Source: Gemmatimonadota bacterium (lineage in GTDB: Bacteria; Gemmatimonadota; Gemmatimonadetes; Gemmatimonadales; Gemmatimonadaceae). Taken from it: a stretch of DNA of 29,145 nucleotides. Below, piece after piece: positions 18,456-29,145 of this stretch. The notes beneath the pieces were generated by a model that had not been told where the DNA came from, made no database searches, and was given only the letters and a program-made list of their open reading frames with translations. A program made the position numbers and the translations under genes. Within the stretch, counting starts at the first letter, position 1. Each line of letters opens with the position of its first letter. The DNA is taken from contig JANMLN010000050.1 of NCBI GenBank assembly GCA_031372565.1, forward strand, positions 1 through 29,145, in the 5' to 3' direction.

Positions 18456-18995
18456 ATGAGCGCTCCGGCGCGCGTCCTCGGGATCGACCCCGGCACCGCG
18501 ATCACCGGCTATGGTGTCGTGCGCCGCGAGGGCACGGGTCTCGCGCTCACGGAGTGCGGCATCATTCGCACCAAGGCGCGCGAGCCGCTGGCCACGCGCC
18601 TCGAGGAGATCTACGAAGGGGTGCGCGAGCTGATCGCGCGGCACCGTCCCGACGCGGTCGCGGTCGAGGACGTGTTCTACGCCAAGAACGTGCGCACGAC
18701 CGTGGTGTTGGGCCATGCGCGCGGCGTCATCCTGCTCGCGGTGCAGCAGGCGGGGCTGGCGCTGCACGAGATGCCGCCGGCCGTGATCAAGAAGGCCGTC
18801 ACGGGCAACGGCAACGCGACCAAGGAGCAGGTCCAGTTCATGGTCGCGCGGCTGCTGCGCCTCAAGCAGGCCCCCGAGTCGGCCGATGCCTCCGATGGCG
18901 TGGCCGCGGCCCTCGCGTGTTGCCTCGCACCGACGCTGCCCAGCATCGCCGAGGTTGTCGCGGCGGCCGCGCGCCCCCGCGGAGCCCGCGCATGA
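18456..18995 (+). CDS. ruvC: Holliday junction resolvase
   Basis: LGIDPG...TGYG, AVEDVF, LGHARG, KKAVTGNGNATKEQV, DASDGVAAA. Confidence 0.96.
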   Translation: MSAPARVLGIDPGTAITGYGVVRREGTGLALTECGIIRTKAREPLATRLEEIYEGVRELIARHRPDAVAVEDVFYAKNVRTTVVLGHARGVILLAVQQAGLALHEMPPAVIKKAVTGNGNATKEQVQFMVARLLRLKQAPESADASDGVAAALACCLAPTLPSIAEVVAAAARPRGARA

Positions 18996-19594
18996 TCGCA
19001 CAGGTGGCGGGGCAGCTGGTCGCCAAGGACATCGACCGCGTCGAGATCATGACGGCCGGCGGCGTCGCGTACGACATCGCCATTCCGCTTGGCGTCTTCG
19101 AGTCGCTGCCGCGCGTGGGCGAGCCGGTCGCGCTGCACACGCACCTGGTGGTCAAGGAAGACGGCTGGCAGCTGTTCGGCTTCGCCTCGGTGTACGAGCG
19201 GCGCACCTTCACCAAGGTGCTGAGCGCCAAGGGGATCGGGCCATCGCTGGCGCTGTCGCTGCTGTCGGTGCTGGGCGCCGAGCGCCTCGTGTCGGTGCTG
19301 CGCGCCCGGGACATCGCCACGCTGCAGAGCGTGAAGGGCGTCGGGCGCAAGAAGGCGGAGCAGCTGGTGCTCGACCTGGCCGACAAGCTCGATGAGCTGG
19401 CGCGCGAGCCTGCGGGGGCGATGGGCCGACCGACCGGCGCTGGCGCCGACGATGCGATTCGCGCGCTGCAGTCGCTCGGGTACGCGCCTGCCGATGCGGA
19501 GAAGGCCGTGCGCGGCGCGCTCGATGGTGGTGCCGCCACCAACACCCCAGATCTCATTCGTGCGGCCCTGGCCCGCATTGGAGGACGTGGATGA
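18992..19594 (+). CDS. ruvA: Holliday junction branch migration DNA-binding subunit
   Basis: MIAQVAG, VKEDGWQLFGF, GIGP and GVGRKKAE HhH motifs, ALQSLGY; ATGA overlap with ruvC. Confidence 0.95.
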   Translation: MIAQVAGQLVAKDIDRVEIMTAGGVAYDIAIPLGVFESLPRVGEPVALHTHLVVKEDGWQLFGFASVYERRTFTKVLSAKGIGPSLALSLLSVLGAERLVSVLRARDIATLQSVKGVGRKKAEQLVLDLADKLDELAREPAGAMGRPTGAGADDAIRALQSLGYAPADAEKAVRGALDGGAATNTPDLIRAALARIGGRG

Positions 19595-20745
19595 TTGCCG
19601 AACGTGCGCGCTTCTTTTCCGAGTCGGTCATTCGCGAGATGACCCGCGTGGCCGCGCAGTACGGCGCGGTCAACCTGTCGCAGGGCTTCCCGGATTTTCC
19701 GATGCCGCCGGAGCTCAAGGCGGCCGCGTGCGACGCGATCAACGCCGACGACAACCAGTATGCGATCACGTGGGGGCAGAAGCCGCTCCGCGATGCGATC
19801 GCGGCCAAGTACCGCGACTGGTACCAGTTCGAGGTCGATCCCGAGAAGCACGTCACGGTGACCTGCGGCGCCACCGAGGCGATGGCGGCAGTGTGCCTCG
19901 CGCTGCTCAACCCGGGCGATGAAGTGATCGTCTTCGAGCCGTTCTACGAGAACTACGGGCCCGACGCGATCCTCTGCGGGGCGAGTCCGAAGTTCATTCC
20001 GCTCGAGAAGCCCGACTGGCGACTCGATCCGGATCGGCTGCGCGCGGCATTCACCAGGAACACCAAGGCGATCATCGTCAACACGCCGCAGAATCCGAGC
20101 GGCAAGGTCCTGAGCCGCGAGGAGATGCAGCTGATCGCGGACCTGTGCATCGAGCACGATGCGTGGGCGATCACCGACGAGATCTACGAGCACATCCGCT
20201 ACGAGGGGGAGCATCACCTGCTCGCGGGCTTTCCGGGGATGAAGGAGCGCACGGTGACGATCTCCGGGCTCTCCAAGACATTCAGCTGCACCGGATGGCG
20301 GCTGGGCTATGCGATTGCACCGGCGGAACAGAGCGTGGCCATTCGCAAGGTGCATGACTTCCTGACCGTGGGCGCGCCGGCGCCGTTGCAGGCGGCGGGC
20401 GCGGTGGGCATGCGCTTCGGTCGCGACTACTACGCGCACATGAGCGACGAGTACCGTGAACGGCGCGACCTCCTGCTGCCAGTGCTGGCCAAGGCGGGGT
20501 TCACCTTTCACGTACCGGAAGGGGCGTACTACGTGCTGGCTGATTTCTCCGCGCTGTCGACCGACGACGACACCACGTTCGCGAAGTGGATGGCGAAGGA
20601 AATCGGCGTCGCGACCGTGCCAGGGTCGAGCTTCTATCATCCCGGATCGCCCGACGGGAAGTCGCTCGTGCGCTTCGCGTTCTGCAAGACACGCGCGACG
20701 CTGGAAGCGGCGGCCGATCGGCTCGCTCGGCTCGGGAAGGCCTGA
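19591..20745 (+). CDS. Class I/II PLP aminotransferase (YbdL/DapC-like)
   Basis: NLSQGFPDF, GATEA, NTPQNPSGKV, DEIYE, SKTFSCTGWRLGY, VRFAFCK; ATGA overlap with ruvA. Confidence 0.92.
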   Translation: MIAERARFFSESVIREMTRVAAQYGAVNLSQGFPDFPMPPELKAAACDAINADDNQYAITWGQKPLRDAIAAKYRDWYQFEVDPEKHVTVTCGATEAMAAVCLALLNPGDEVIVFEPFYENYGPDAILCGASPKFIPLEKPDWRLDPDRLRAAFTRNTKAIIVNTPQNPSGKVLSREEMQLIADLCIEHDAWAITDEIYEHIRYEGEHHLLAGFPGMKERTVTISGLSKTFSCTGWRLGYAIAPAEQSVAIRKVHDFLTVGAPAPLQAAGAVGMRFGRDYYAHMSDEYRERRDLLLPVLAKAGFTFHVPEGAYYVLADFSALSTDDDTTFAKWMAKEIGVATVPGSSFYHPGSPDGKSLVRFAFCKTRATLEAAADRLARLGKA

Positions 20746-20832
20746 CCGACGCCGATTTGTGCGATGGATAGCAGATTTTCTGTGCGCAGCGGTCATGGGC
20801 GACGATCGGCGCTCGCGTAGGAATTTTTCCCC

Positions 20833-20862
20833 TTGCCTCCATCCCCGTCTGGGCCGTAGCGT
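20833..20862 (+). promoter_or_regulatory. sigma70-like promoter TTGCCT-N18-TAGCGT, 5 nt before ATG 20868
   Basis: Both hexamers visible; no SD before the ATG. Confidence 0.45.
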
Positions 20863-20867
20863 GCGGC

Positions 20868-21290
20868 ATGTCCGAGCCGTTCATCATTGATATCGCCCAG
20901 CAGTTGGTGCTGAGCCGCGCCGCCGGCGTGTTCACCGACGCGATTCCGCTCGCGCACGACAAGCGCCTGCAGGCGGACCCGCGCTTCGTGCCCTCGATGC
21001 GCCAGCTCGTGGACTTTCGGTCTGTCACCGTGATGGACACCACCCCCGATGGCCTCCGTCAGCTGGCGTCGTTCAATCCGTTCGGCGACGGGGCACGACG
21101 CGCGGTGATCGCCCCGACCGACATCACGTACGGATTGGCGCGCATGTACGAGATGATGCGCGATGGCCATCGCGACGTGTTCCAGGTGTTTCGCACACCG
21201 GACGAAGCAATCGAATGGCTCGGCCTCGTGGATGAGCGCGAGCATATCCTGTCGCTGCTGGATGGACAGGTGGAGCCGGGTCAGTCGTAG
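20868..21290 (+). CDS. STAS/SEC14 (SpoIIAA-like) small protein
   Basis: QLVDFRSV, RAVIAP...YGLARMY, QVFRTPDEAIEWL pattern. Confidence 0.7.
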   Translation: MSEPFIIDIAQQLVLSRAAGVFTDAIPLAHDKRLQADPRFVPSMRQLVDFRSVTVMDTTPDGLRQLASFNPFGDGARRAVIAPTDITYGLARMYEMMRDGHRDVFQVFRTPDEAIEWLGLVDEREHILSLLDGQVEPGQS

Positions 21291-21319
21291 GCGTCACGCG
21301 GATCGGGGGGAACGACGAA

Positions 21320-21350
21320 GGGCCGGACATCCTTTTGGGACGTCCGGCCC
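21320..21350 (-). terminator. Intrinsic terminator-like hairpin between convergent genes
   Basis: Minus strand GGGCCGGACGTCC-caaaa-GGATGTCCGGCCC followed by TTCGTCGTT. Confidence 0.65.
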
Positions 21351-21373
21351 CTGTCAGTTGTGGGAGGGTAGAA

Positions 21374-21402
21374 GCAGGTCCTTCGCTGCGCTCAGGACGA
21401 CG
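21374..21402 (-). repeat. REP-like repeat
   Basis: Minus-strand CGTCGTCCTGAGCGCAGCGAAGGACCTGC, 5 nt after the stop at 21408. Confidence 0.9.
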
Positions 21403-21407
21403 TGCGG

Positions 21408-22730
21408 TCAGCGCCGCCCGAACGTCAGCGCGATCGCACCGATGCCATCGCCACTCGTCTTCGTGTTCACGCCACCGGCGACGTCGAGACGCACGATCCC
21501 CAGATCGAGCCCGAGGCCTCCGGTCACGAAGGTCGCATCCGGCGTGTTCATGTAGCCGGCGCGAATCGGGAGGAACGGAATCCCCTTGAACTGGAGCCCC
21601 ACGCCATAGCGGCTCTTCGGCGTGATGTTGATGCCATCGCCGAAGCGCTGCTGGTAGTCGCCGCTGATCGTGAAGCGCAGTGGCAGCTGGTACGCGATAC
21701 CCACCGCGATCGACGGATCGATCACGAGCGGGTTGAGCACCTGTTCCACCGAGTCACGTGCGGCCGCGCTGAGCGAACTGACCTTGCTCCACACGCCGTC
21801 GATCTGCGACTGCGTGCCGTTCCGGTAGCGGAGCGTCGAGTAGCGGGTGAACATCTCGCCCGGTGTCCACTTGAACGTGTTGACCACGTCGCGCGCGGCC
21901 ACGCCGATCTTCAGGTTGCCGCCCTGCCACGCCGCGCCCACGTCGACGCCGAAGCCGTTGCCGATCGTCGGGAGGCTGGAATTGCCGCTGCCGGTGTCGC
22001 TCAGGATGGTGCGATAGCGTACGTCGATGTCGACCGCCGGCGACGACTGCACCACGGACCCACCGTCGAGCGCAGACGCGAGGCCCAGCCCCATGTGATA
22101 CTTGGCCGTCACGCCGATCGCGAAGTGCTGGTCGCTCGCGCTGCCGAACCGCACGTTCAGCTCCTTGGCGAACGCAATCGCGCCCGTGCCGATCGCGTTG
22201 GCATCGACGCGCGCACCCGCCAACGAGTACGGCCGCACCGCACCCGCGAAGCCGTAGTTGCCGAAGAACAACAGCTCCGCCACGTCCCCCGGCAGGTTGC
22301 CCGACGCGCGGGCCGCCACCGAGTACGAGAGTCCCACCGATCCGATGTTCATCGCCAACACCGTCGCGTCGAGACCGCCGCCCAGGCTCTGGCCGCCGGC
22401 CGCGCGGATGCGCGAGAGAAAATCCACGCGCGCCGCGTACGGAATCGAATCGCCGCTGTACGGCTTCAGGTCCTTGGCGCTGATCGGCCCGGACCCACCG
22501 TTCACTCCCGCATTCACCAGCAGCGTGAACCCGAAGCCGCCGGTGCCCGGCATGCCGAGACCTGCGGGGTTCCACCCGATGGCGTCGAGCCCGCGGGCAG
22601 AGGCCGTGTACGCGCCGCCCAACGCGGTCGCGGCGGCGCTGGTGTTGGCAATCGACTGGGCGACTGCGGGGCGCACCACGCTCACGCAGAGCGCAGCAGC
22701 GGTGAGACACTGCATGCGAAGGCGGCTCAT
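21408..22730 (-). CDS. Outer-membrane beta-barrel, FadL/PorV/TraF-like superfamily
   Basis: Signal peptide (AVA-Q), ALGGAYTA...WNPAGL N-terminal motif, amphipathic strands, C-terminal IALTFGRR. Confidence 0.72.
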   Translation of the reverse strand: MSRLRMQCLTAAALCVSVVRPAVAQSIANTSAAATALGGAYTASARGLDAIGWNPAGLGMPGTGGFGFTLLVNAGVNGGSGPISAKDLKPYSGDSIPYAARVDFLSRIRAAGGQSLGGGLDATVLAMNIGSVGLSYSVAARASGNLPGDVAELLFFGNYGFAGAVRPYSLAGARVDANAIGTGAIAFAKELNVRFGSASDQHFAIGVTAKYHMGLGLASALDGGSVVQSSPAVDIDVRYRTILSDTGSGNSSLPTIGNGFGVDVGAAWQGGNLKIGVAARDVVNTFKWTPGEMFTRYSTLRYRNGTQSQIDGVWSKVSSLSAAARDSVEQVLNPLVIDPSIAVGIAYQLPLRFTISGDYQQRFGDGINITPKSRYGVGLQFKGIPFLPIRAGYMNTPDATFVTGGLGLDLGIVRLDVAGGVNTKTSGDGIGAIALTFGRR

Positions 22731-23848
22731 GGCACGTTACCGATGAGGACGCCTGCGAGCAGGCTTCCTTGAATGCCCATCACGTGGTTTGGACGAACGC
22801 CGACCGTATTGCCGGCACCCGCACCCGTGACACTCCCACTGTATCGCAACCGCACACCCGAGCGACCCAGGAAGGTCTGGAACTCTGCCCCGGTGAAGGC
22901 CACCGTCGTTGTCGAGGTGACCGGCGTCGAGTCATTCGGTGCCGTGGGAACGACGAGCGTCTTGATCACCGGCGCAACGCCGGGAGCCGTCAGCGCAAGG
23001 TTGAACGTGCCGCTCACCTGGAACGGGTTGCTGATCCTGAGGACAGCGCCCACGGACTGCAGCGCGCTCGGACTCAATTTCGTGTTGGTCAGGTCGATCG
23101 CCGGCGAACTGTCACTCACCGCCTGGCCGACAAGCGTGACCGTCGCCTTCGACAGTTGCAGCCCGTTGCTGACCCCCTGCACCTGCACGCTGAACGACTG
23201 CGTGGGGGCGATCGTCGCCGGAGTCGCGGAGCCGGGGCAGACCATCGTGACGGCATAGGCGAGATTGCCTGCCGGAATGGTGCCCGGCCGAACCGCCACG
23301 CGGAACGTGCTCGTCACACCCACCGGAATCAGCGTGCCGGCACCGAACGTGGTGTCCACCACCGTGAACGCGCCGCCACCAGCCGTGAGGCGAATGCGCA
23401 GGCTGCCGCTGGTCACCGAGCCCGCCGGACGAATCGGGTCGAAGCCGAAGTTGTTGGTGAGCCGGATGTCGATGGCGCCGCTCACGACCGTGATCGACGA
23501 TGCACCGGCCGGGAGCGCGACGGTGCCGCTGATCGGCGTCGAGTTGTTGTTGAACGCCGGCACCGCCACGGTCGCCGGCGTTGAGCACGACGCACCGCAC
23601 ACGGCGAGCAGGTTCGTGTTGACCGGCGCCGGCGATGGCACCGTGATGTCAAAGGTGCTCCCGCCCGTCGAGACCGTCACGCCGCTCGGGAGAAAGCTCC
23701 GCACGCTCAAGCTTGCGCTCTCGGCGGGGACCTGCCACTGCGTCTGCCAGCTGGGGGCTTCCGACGGGTACTCGCACGCGGCCAACAGCGCCACCGAGCC
23801 GAGTCCTGCAGCAAGCCAGCCCAAGCGTCGAGGTGCACTGAACTGCAC
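22727..23848 (-). CDS. Beta-rich lipoprotein of unknown function
   Basis: SD AGGAGG, GTG start, lipobox LAAC, Thr/Ser/Val/Gly-rich sequence; 4-bp overlap with the barrel gene. Confidence 0.75.
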   Translation of the reverse strand: MQFSAPRRLGWLAAGLGSVALLAACEYPSEAPSWQTQWQVPAESASLSVRSFLPSGVTVSTGGSTFDITVPSPAPVNTNLLAVCGASCSTPATVAVPAFNNNSTPISGTVALPAGASSITVVSGAIDIRLTNNFGFDPIRPAGSVTSGSLRIRLTAGGGAFTVVDTTFGAGTLIPVGVTSTFRVAVRPGTIPAGNLAYAVTMVCPGSATPATIAPTQSFSVQVQGVSNGLQLSKATVTLVGQAVSDSSPAIDLTNTKLSPSALQSVGAVLRISNPFQVSGTFNLALTAPGVAPVIKTLVVPTAPNDSTPVTSTTTVAFTGAEFQTFLGRSGVRLRYSGSVTGAGAGNTVGVRPNHVMGIQGSLLAGVLIGNVP

Positions 23849-23933
23849 GCACGCCTCCTGAGGGGTGTGGGATCCAGATCACGTACAACGAGGAGACTCC
23901 GAAGGAGTCGTCCCCGCAACGACCATAGCATCG

Positions 23934-23948
23934 GCAGTTTTCGTGCCA
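23934..23948 (-). promoter_or_regulatory. sigma54 (-24/-12) promoter
   Basis: TGGCACGAAAACTGC = GG-N10-GC, one mismatch from TGGCACG-N4-TTGC, 85 nt upstream of the lipoprotein start. Confidence 0.7.
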
Positions 23949-24049
23949 ACTACAGCGGGCCGGCGCCGCGCACATGGGGCGCGCACGACGCGCCTTCGGC
24001 ATATATTCGGCGGGTTGGTCTCGTCCCCGCCGATTCCCCCGCCGCCGAC

Positions 24050-25078
24050 ATGACGCGCGCAGAAATCACCACCCCCGAAGAATTGGTCGAGGAGTCCGCG
24101 GTCGAGCTCTCGCTCCGGCCGCAGCGGCTTGCCGAGTTCATCGGGCAGGAGAAGGTGAAGGAAAGCCTGCGCATCTATATCGATGCCGCGCTGGCGCGCC
24201 GCGAACCGCTCGACCATGTGCTCTTCTTCGGACCGCCAGGCCTGGGCAAGACCACGCTCGCCGAACTCATCGCGCGTGAACTGGGCGTCAACATCCGCGC
24301 GACCTCCGGCCCCGCGCTCGAGAAGCCGGGTGACCTGGTCGGCACCCTCACCAACCTGCGCGCCGGCGACATTCTGTTCATCGACGAAATCCACCGCCTG
24401 CGCCCGATCATCGAGGAGTTCCTCTATCCGGCCATGGAGGACTTCAAGATCGACATCCGCCTGAGCGAAGGCCCCAAGGCGCAGACGATCACGATGCCGG
24501 TCGAGAAGTTCACCCTCATCGGCGCCACGACGCGGCTCGGCATGCTCACCGCCCCGATGCGCGCACGCTTCGGCATCGAACAGCGGCTCAACTACTACCC
24601 GGCCACGGATCTCGCGCAGGTGGTGCGACGCACGGCCGAGGTCATCAAGGTGACGATCGATGAGGGCGGCACGCAGGAGCTGGCACGCCGCGCCCGTGGC
24701 ACGCCGCGCGTCGCCAACCGGTTGCTGCGCCGCGTGCGCGACTACGCGCAGGTGAAGGCCGACGGCATCATCTCGCTCGACGTGTGCAAGGCCGCGCTGC
24801 AGCTGCTCGAAGTGGACGAGTTCGGGCTCGACGACATGGACGCGCGCGTGCTGCGGGCGATCATCGAGAAGTTCGAGGGCGGGCCGGTCGGCATCGGCTC
24901 GATTGCGGCCGCCGTCGGCGAGGATGCGAGCACGATCGAAGAGGTGTACGAGCCGTTTCTCGTACAGAACGGCTTCCTGCATCGCACGCCGCGCGGCCGC
25001 ATGGCGACGCCGCAAGCGTACCGCCACTTCGGGTTTACTCCCGTGGAGCGCGACGAGACCCAGCCGGGGTTGTTCTAG
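24050..25078 (+). CDS. ruvB: Holliday junction branch migration helicase
   Basis: [55 protein letters not shown] -10-like box at 24002-24007. Confidence 0.97.
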   Translation: MTRAEITTPEELVEESAVELSLRPQRLAEFIGQEKVKESLRIYIDAALARREPLDHVLFFGPPGLGKTTLAELIARELGVNIRATSGPALEKPGDLVGTLTNLRAGDILFIDEIHRLRPIIEEFLYPAMEDFKIDIRLSEGPKAQTITMPVEKFTLIGATTRLGMLTAPMRARFGIEQRLNYYPATDLAQVVRRTAEVIKVTIDEGGTQELARRARGTPRVANRLLRRVRDYAQVKADGIISLDVCKAALQLLEVDEFGLDDMDARVLRAIIEKFEGGPVGIGSIAAAVGEDASTIEEVYEPFLVQNGFLHRTPRGRMATPQAYRHFGFTPVERDETQPGLF

Positions 25079-25086
25079 GCATCGGC

Positions 25087-26112
25087 ATGCACAGCACCGC
25101 CGACTTCGATTTCGAACTCCCTCCCGACCGGATCGCGAGCGAGGCGGTTGAACCGCGCGACAGCTCGCGCCTCATGGTCGTGCACCGCGACACGGGGCGC
25201 ATCGAGCATCGCGTGTTCCGCGATATCGTGGACTATGTGCAGCCCGGCGACGCACTCGTCGTGAACACCACGCGCGTGCTCAAGGCGCGACTGCTCGGCC
25301 GGCGCGACTCGGGCGCGCCCGCGGAGGTGTTGCTGCTGAAGGCCTTGGGCGATCACCGCTGGGAAGCAATGGTGCAACCGGGGGCCAAGCTCAAGCCCGG
25401 ACGGCTCGTGACCGTGAGCCCGGAGCTGTCGGTGGAGATCCTCGAGCCGACCGGGCGCGGCACACGCATCGTGCGCCTGATGGGCGGCGCCGACGATCAC
25501 GCCGCGATCGAACGCGATGGCCACGTGCCGCTGCCGCCGTATATCGATCGCGCCGATACACCGAGCGACGCGACGCGCTACCAGACCGTGTACGCGAACC
25601 AGTCGGGCTCGGTGGCGGCGCCCACCGCCGGGCTCCACTTCACGCCAGAGCTGCTGAGCGCGCTGAGCCAGCGCGGCATGCAGCGCGCCGACATCCTGCT
25701 GCACGTGGGCGCCGGCACCTTCAAGCCGGTCGAGGTCGACGACATCACGCTGCACGCCATGCACGAGGAGTGGTACGATGTGAGTGCGGCCACCGCGGCG
25801 ATGCTCGACGCGACGCGCGCGGCCGGCGGCAGGGTGTGGGCCGTGGGCACCACCAGCGTGCGCACGCTCGAAAGCTGCTGGCACGACGGGCACTACCGCG
25901 CCGGCAGCAGCGAGACGGCCATCTTCATATACCCGCCATACACGCCGCGTGCGGTGGACCGCGTCATCACCAACTTCCACCTGCCGCGCTCCACGCTCAT
26001 CATGCTCGTGAGCGCGCTCGCGGGATACGAGCTCACGATGCACGCGTACCATGTGGCGGTGGAGGAAGGCTACCGCTTCTACTCCTACGGCGACGCGATG
26101 CTGCTCCTGTAG
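25087..26112 (+). CDS. queA: S-adenosylmethionine:tRNA ribosyltransferase-isomerase
   Basis: FDFELP, PLPPYI, YQTVYA, AAPTAGLHF, LHVGAGTF, TNFHLPRSTL, YRFYSYGDAM. Confidence 0.97.
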   Translation: MHSTADFDFELPPDRIASEAVEPRDSSRLMVVHRDTGRIEHRVFRDIVDYVQPGDALVVNTTRVLKARLLGRRDSGAPAEVLLLKALGDHRWEAMVQPGAKLKPGRLVTVSPELSVEILEPTGRGTRIVRLMGGADDHAAIERDGHVPLPPYIDRADTPSDATRYQTVYANQSGSVAAPTAGLHFTPELLSALSQRGMQRADILLHVGAGTFKPVEVDDITLHAMHEEWYDVSAATAAMLDATRAAGGRVWAVGTTSVRTLESCWHDGHYRAGSSETAIFIYPPYTPRAVDRVITNFHLPRSTLIMLVSALAGYELTMHAYHVAVEEGYRFYSYGDAMLLL

Positions 26113-26119
26113 CCTCCCC

Positions 26120-27735
<1,616 letters not shown>

Positions 27736-27739
<4 letters not shown>

Positions 27740-28299
27740 GCCTTCTTCCCATCCGCGTCCTCGGCGACCCGATCCTCCGCAAGGAGACGGTCCCGGTGCG
27801 CGAGGTGACGCCCGAACTGCGACAGCTCGTCGAGGACATGTTCGAGACGATGCACGCGGCCAAGGGGATCGGCCTCGCCGCGCCACAGGTCGGGCGCACC
27901 GAACGGTTGACCGTGATCGAGATCGAAGGCGAGCGCCTCGTGCTGCTCAACCCCGAGATTCTCGCGCGCGAAGGCAAGATCACCTGGGAAGAGGGATGCC
28001 TCTCGATCCCCGAGGTCTACGCCAACGTCGAGCGTGCGCGACAGGTCACCGTGCGCGCCATGGACCTCGACGGGCGCACCATCGACGTCACCGGCTCCGA
28101 GCTGCTCGGCGTCTGCCTGCAGCACGAGATCGATCACCTCGATGGCAAGCTCTTTCTCGACCGGTTGAGCCTGCTCAAGCGTCGCTCCGCCATGAAGACG
28201 TGGGATGAGGAGAAGGATCAGTATCCCAACTTCATCCGCATCGTGGTGCCGGGCCAGGAATCGGGCGACGACGGCCACGGCGACGACGAGCGGATCTAG
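27736..28299 (+). CDS. def: Peptide deformylase
   Basis: GIGLAAPQVG, EGCLS, QHEIDHLDG. Confidence 0.97.
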
Positions 28300-29145
28300 T
28301 GCGCGTCGCCTTCTGGGGGACACCCGAGTTCGCCACGCCGCCCTTGCGCGCCTTGTTGGGCGAAGGACATGACGTGGTCGCGGTCGTCACCCAGCCAGAT
28401 CGGCCGCAGGGGAGATCGCGATCGGTGCTCGTGCCATCGCCGGTCAAGGCGATCGCGATCGAGGAAGGCATTCCGGTGCTGCAGCCGGAGAAGCCGCGTG
28501 GTGACGATTTCATCGAGGCACTGCGCGCCACCAAGCCCGACATCTCGGTGGTCGTGGCGTACGGACGCTTGCTGCCGCAGGCGGTGATCGACCTGCCGCC
28601 GCGCGGTACGCTCAACATTCACGGCTCGATCCTGCCCAAGCTGCGTGGCGCGTCACCGATCGAAGGCGCGATCCTGGCCGGCGAAACGGAGACGGGCGTC
28701 ACGATCATGCGCATGGTGTTGGCGCTCGATGCGGGCGCGAGCCTGCATGTGCTCCGCACGCCGATCTTGCCCGACGAAACCGGTGGCGAACTGCGCGAGC
28801 GGCTGAGCGAGCTGGGTGCGCAGGCGCTCATCGAAGCGCTGGCGCTCATGGATGTGGGCGCCGCGACCGAGACGCCACAGGATGACGCGCAGGCGACCTT
28901 CTGCGGGTTGATAAAGCGCGATGATGCGCGCGTGGACTGGACCGCGTCGGCGGAGCGCGTGAGTCGCGTGATTCGCGCGTATGACCCGAAGCCGGGGGCG
29001 TTCACGACGCTCAACGGGGTGGAGGTCAAGCTCTTCACCTGTCGTCCAGAGCGAAGCGGACGGACAGCTTCGGAAAACCACCACGACAAGCAGGTACGTA
29101 GCATCGCGCAGGTAGACAAAGCGCAAGACGAAAGGGGGCGCGTCC
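28299..29145 (+). CDS. fmt: Methionyl-tRNA formyltransferase (partial, runs off window; atypical after 29039)
   Basis: Manual translation from GTG 28299: RVAFWGTPEFA, VVTQPDRPQGR, VVAYG, NIHGSILPKLRGASP, LDAG, RAYDPKPGAFT; no stop before the window end. Confidence 0.93.
   Translation, partial: MRVAFWGTPEFATPPLRALLGEGHDVVAVVTQPDRPQGRSRSVLVPSPVKAIAIEEGIPVLQPEKPRGDDFIEALRATKPDISVVVAYGRLLPQAVIDLPPRGTLNIHGSILPKLRGASPIEGAILAGETETGVTIMRMVLALDAGASLHVLRTPILPDETGGELRERLSELGAQALIEALALMDVGAATETPQDDAQATFCGLIKRDDARVDWTASAERVSRVIRAYDPKPGAFTTLNGVEVKLFTCRPERSGRTASENHHDKQVRSIAQVDKAQDERGRV
29040..29145 (+). repeat. Probable expanded REP-derived element inserted within fmt
   Basis: CACCTGTCGTCCAGAGCGAAGCG (29036-29058) matches CACCTGTCGTCCTGAGCGCAGCG (26172-26194) at 21/23; codon style changes from this point. 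Confidence 0.6.

Noticed and set aside
23996..24009. LexA-like box upstream of ruvB (TCGGCATATATTCG)
   Set aside because: Only one partial half-site matches GAAC-N4-GTTC and no similar site is seen before yebC-ruvC

Overview
GC-rich (about 70% by eye) bacterial chromosomal segment; gene content and protein style suggest Gemmatimonadota (inference). The left edge is the left end of an IS3-family element inserted into a lipoprotein gene. Next comes a minus-strand run PBP1A - PHP - amidohydrolase - ilvE - HNH, divergent from tyrS. Two accessory genes (YbhB/YbcL and a GNAT) follow, each bracketed by copies of a 29-bp REP-like repeat. A minus-strand operon encodes a PorX-like REC-PglZ protein, an MsbA-like ABC exporter and a class V PLP enzyme. 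Divergent from it is a plus-strand run: small hypothetical, N-terminally truncated DnaB-like ATPase, TPR/CsgG-like lipoprotein and beta-barrel. The housekeeping cluster yebC-ruvC-ruvA ... ruvB-queA-tgt-yajC-def-fmt is split between ruvA and ruvB by about 4.4 kb: an aminotransferase, a STAS/SEC14-like gene and a lipoprotein + outer-membrane barrel pair with a sigma54-type promoter. The most notable non-routine signals are the strictly positioned REP family (including a probable expanded copy in frame inside fmt), the truncated DnaB operon facing the orphan PorX-like gene, two lipoprotein/barrel pairs and repeated leaderless TANNNT promoters. No CRISPR array, rRNA or tRNA was recognised. All calls are from motif recognition; no database searches were run.
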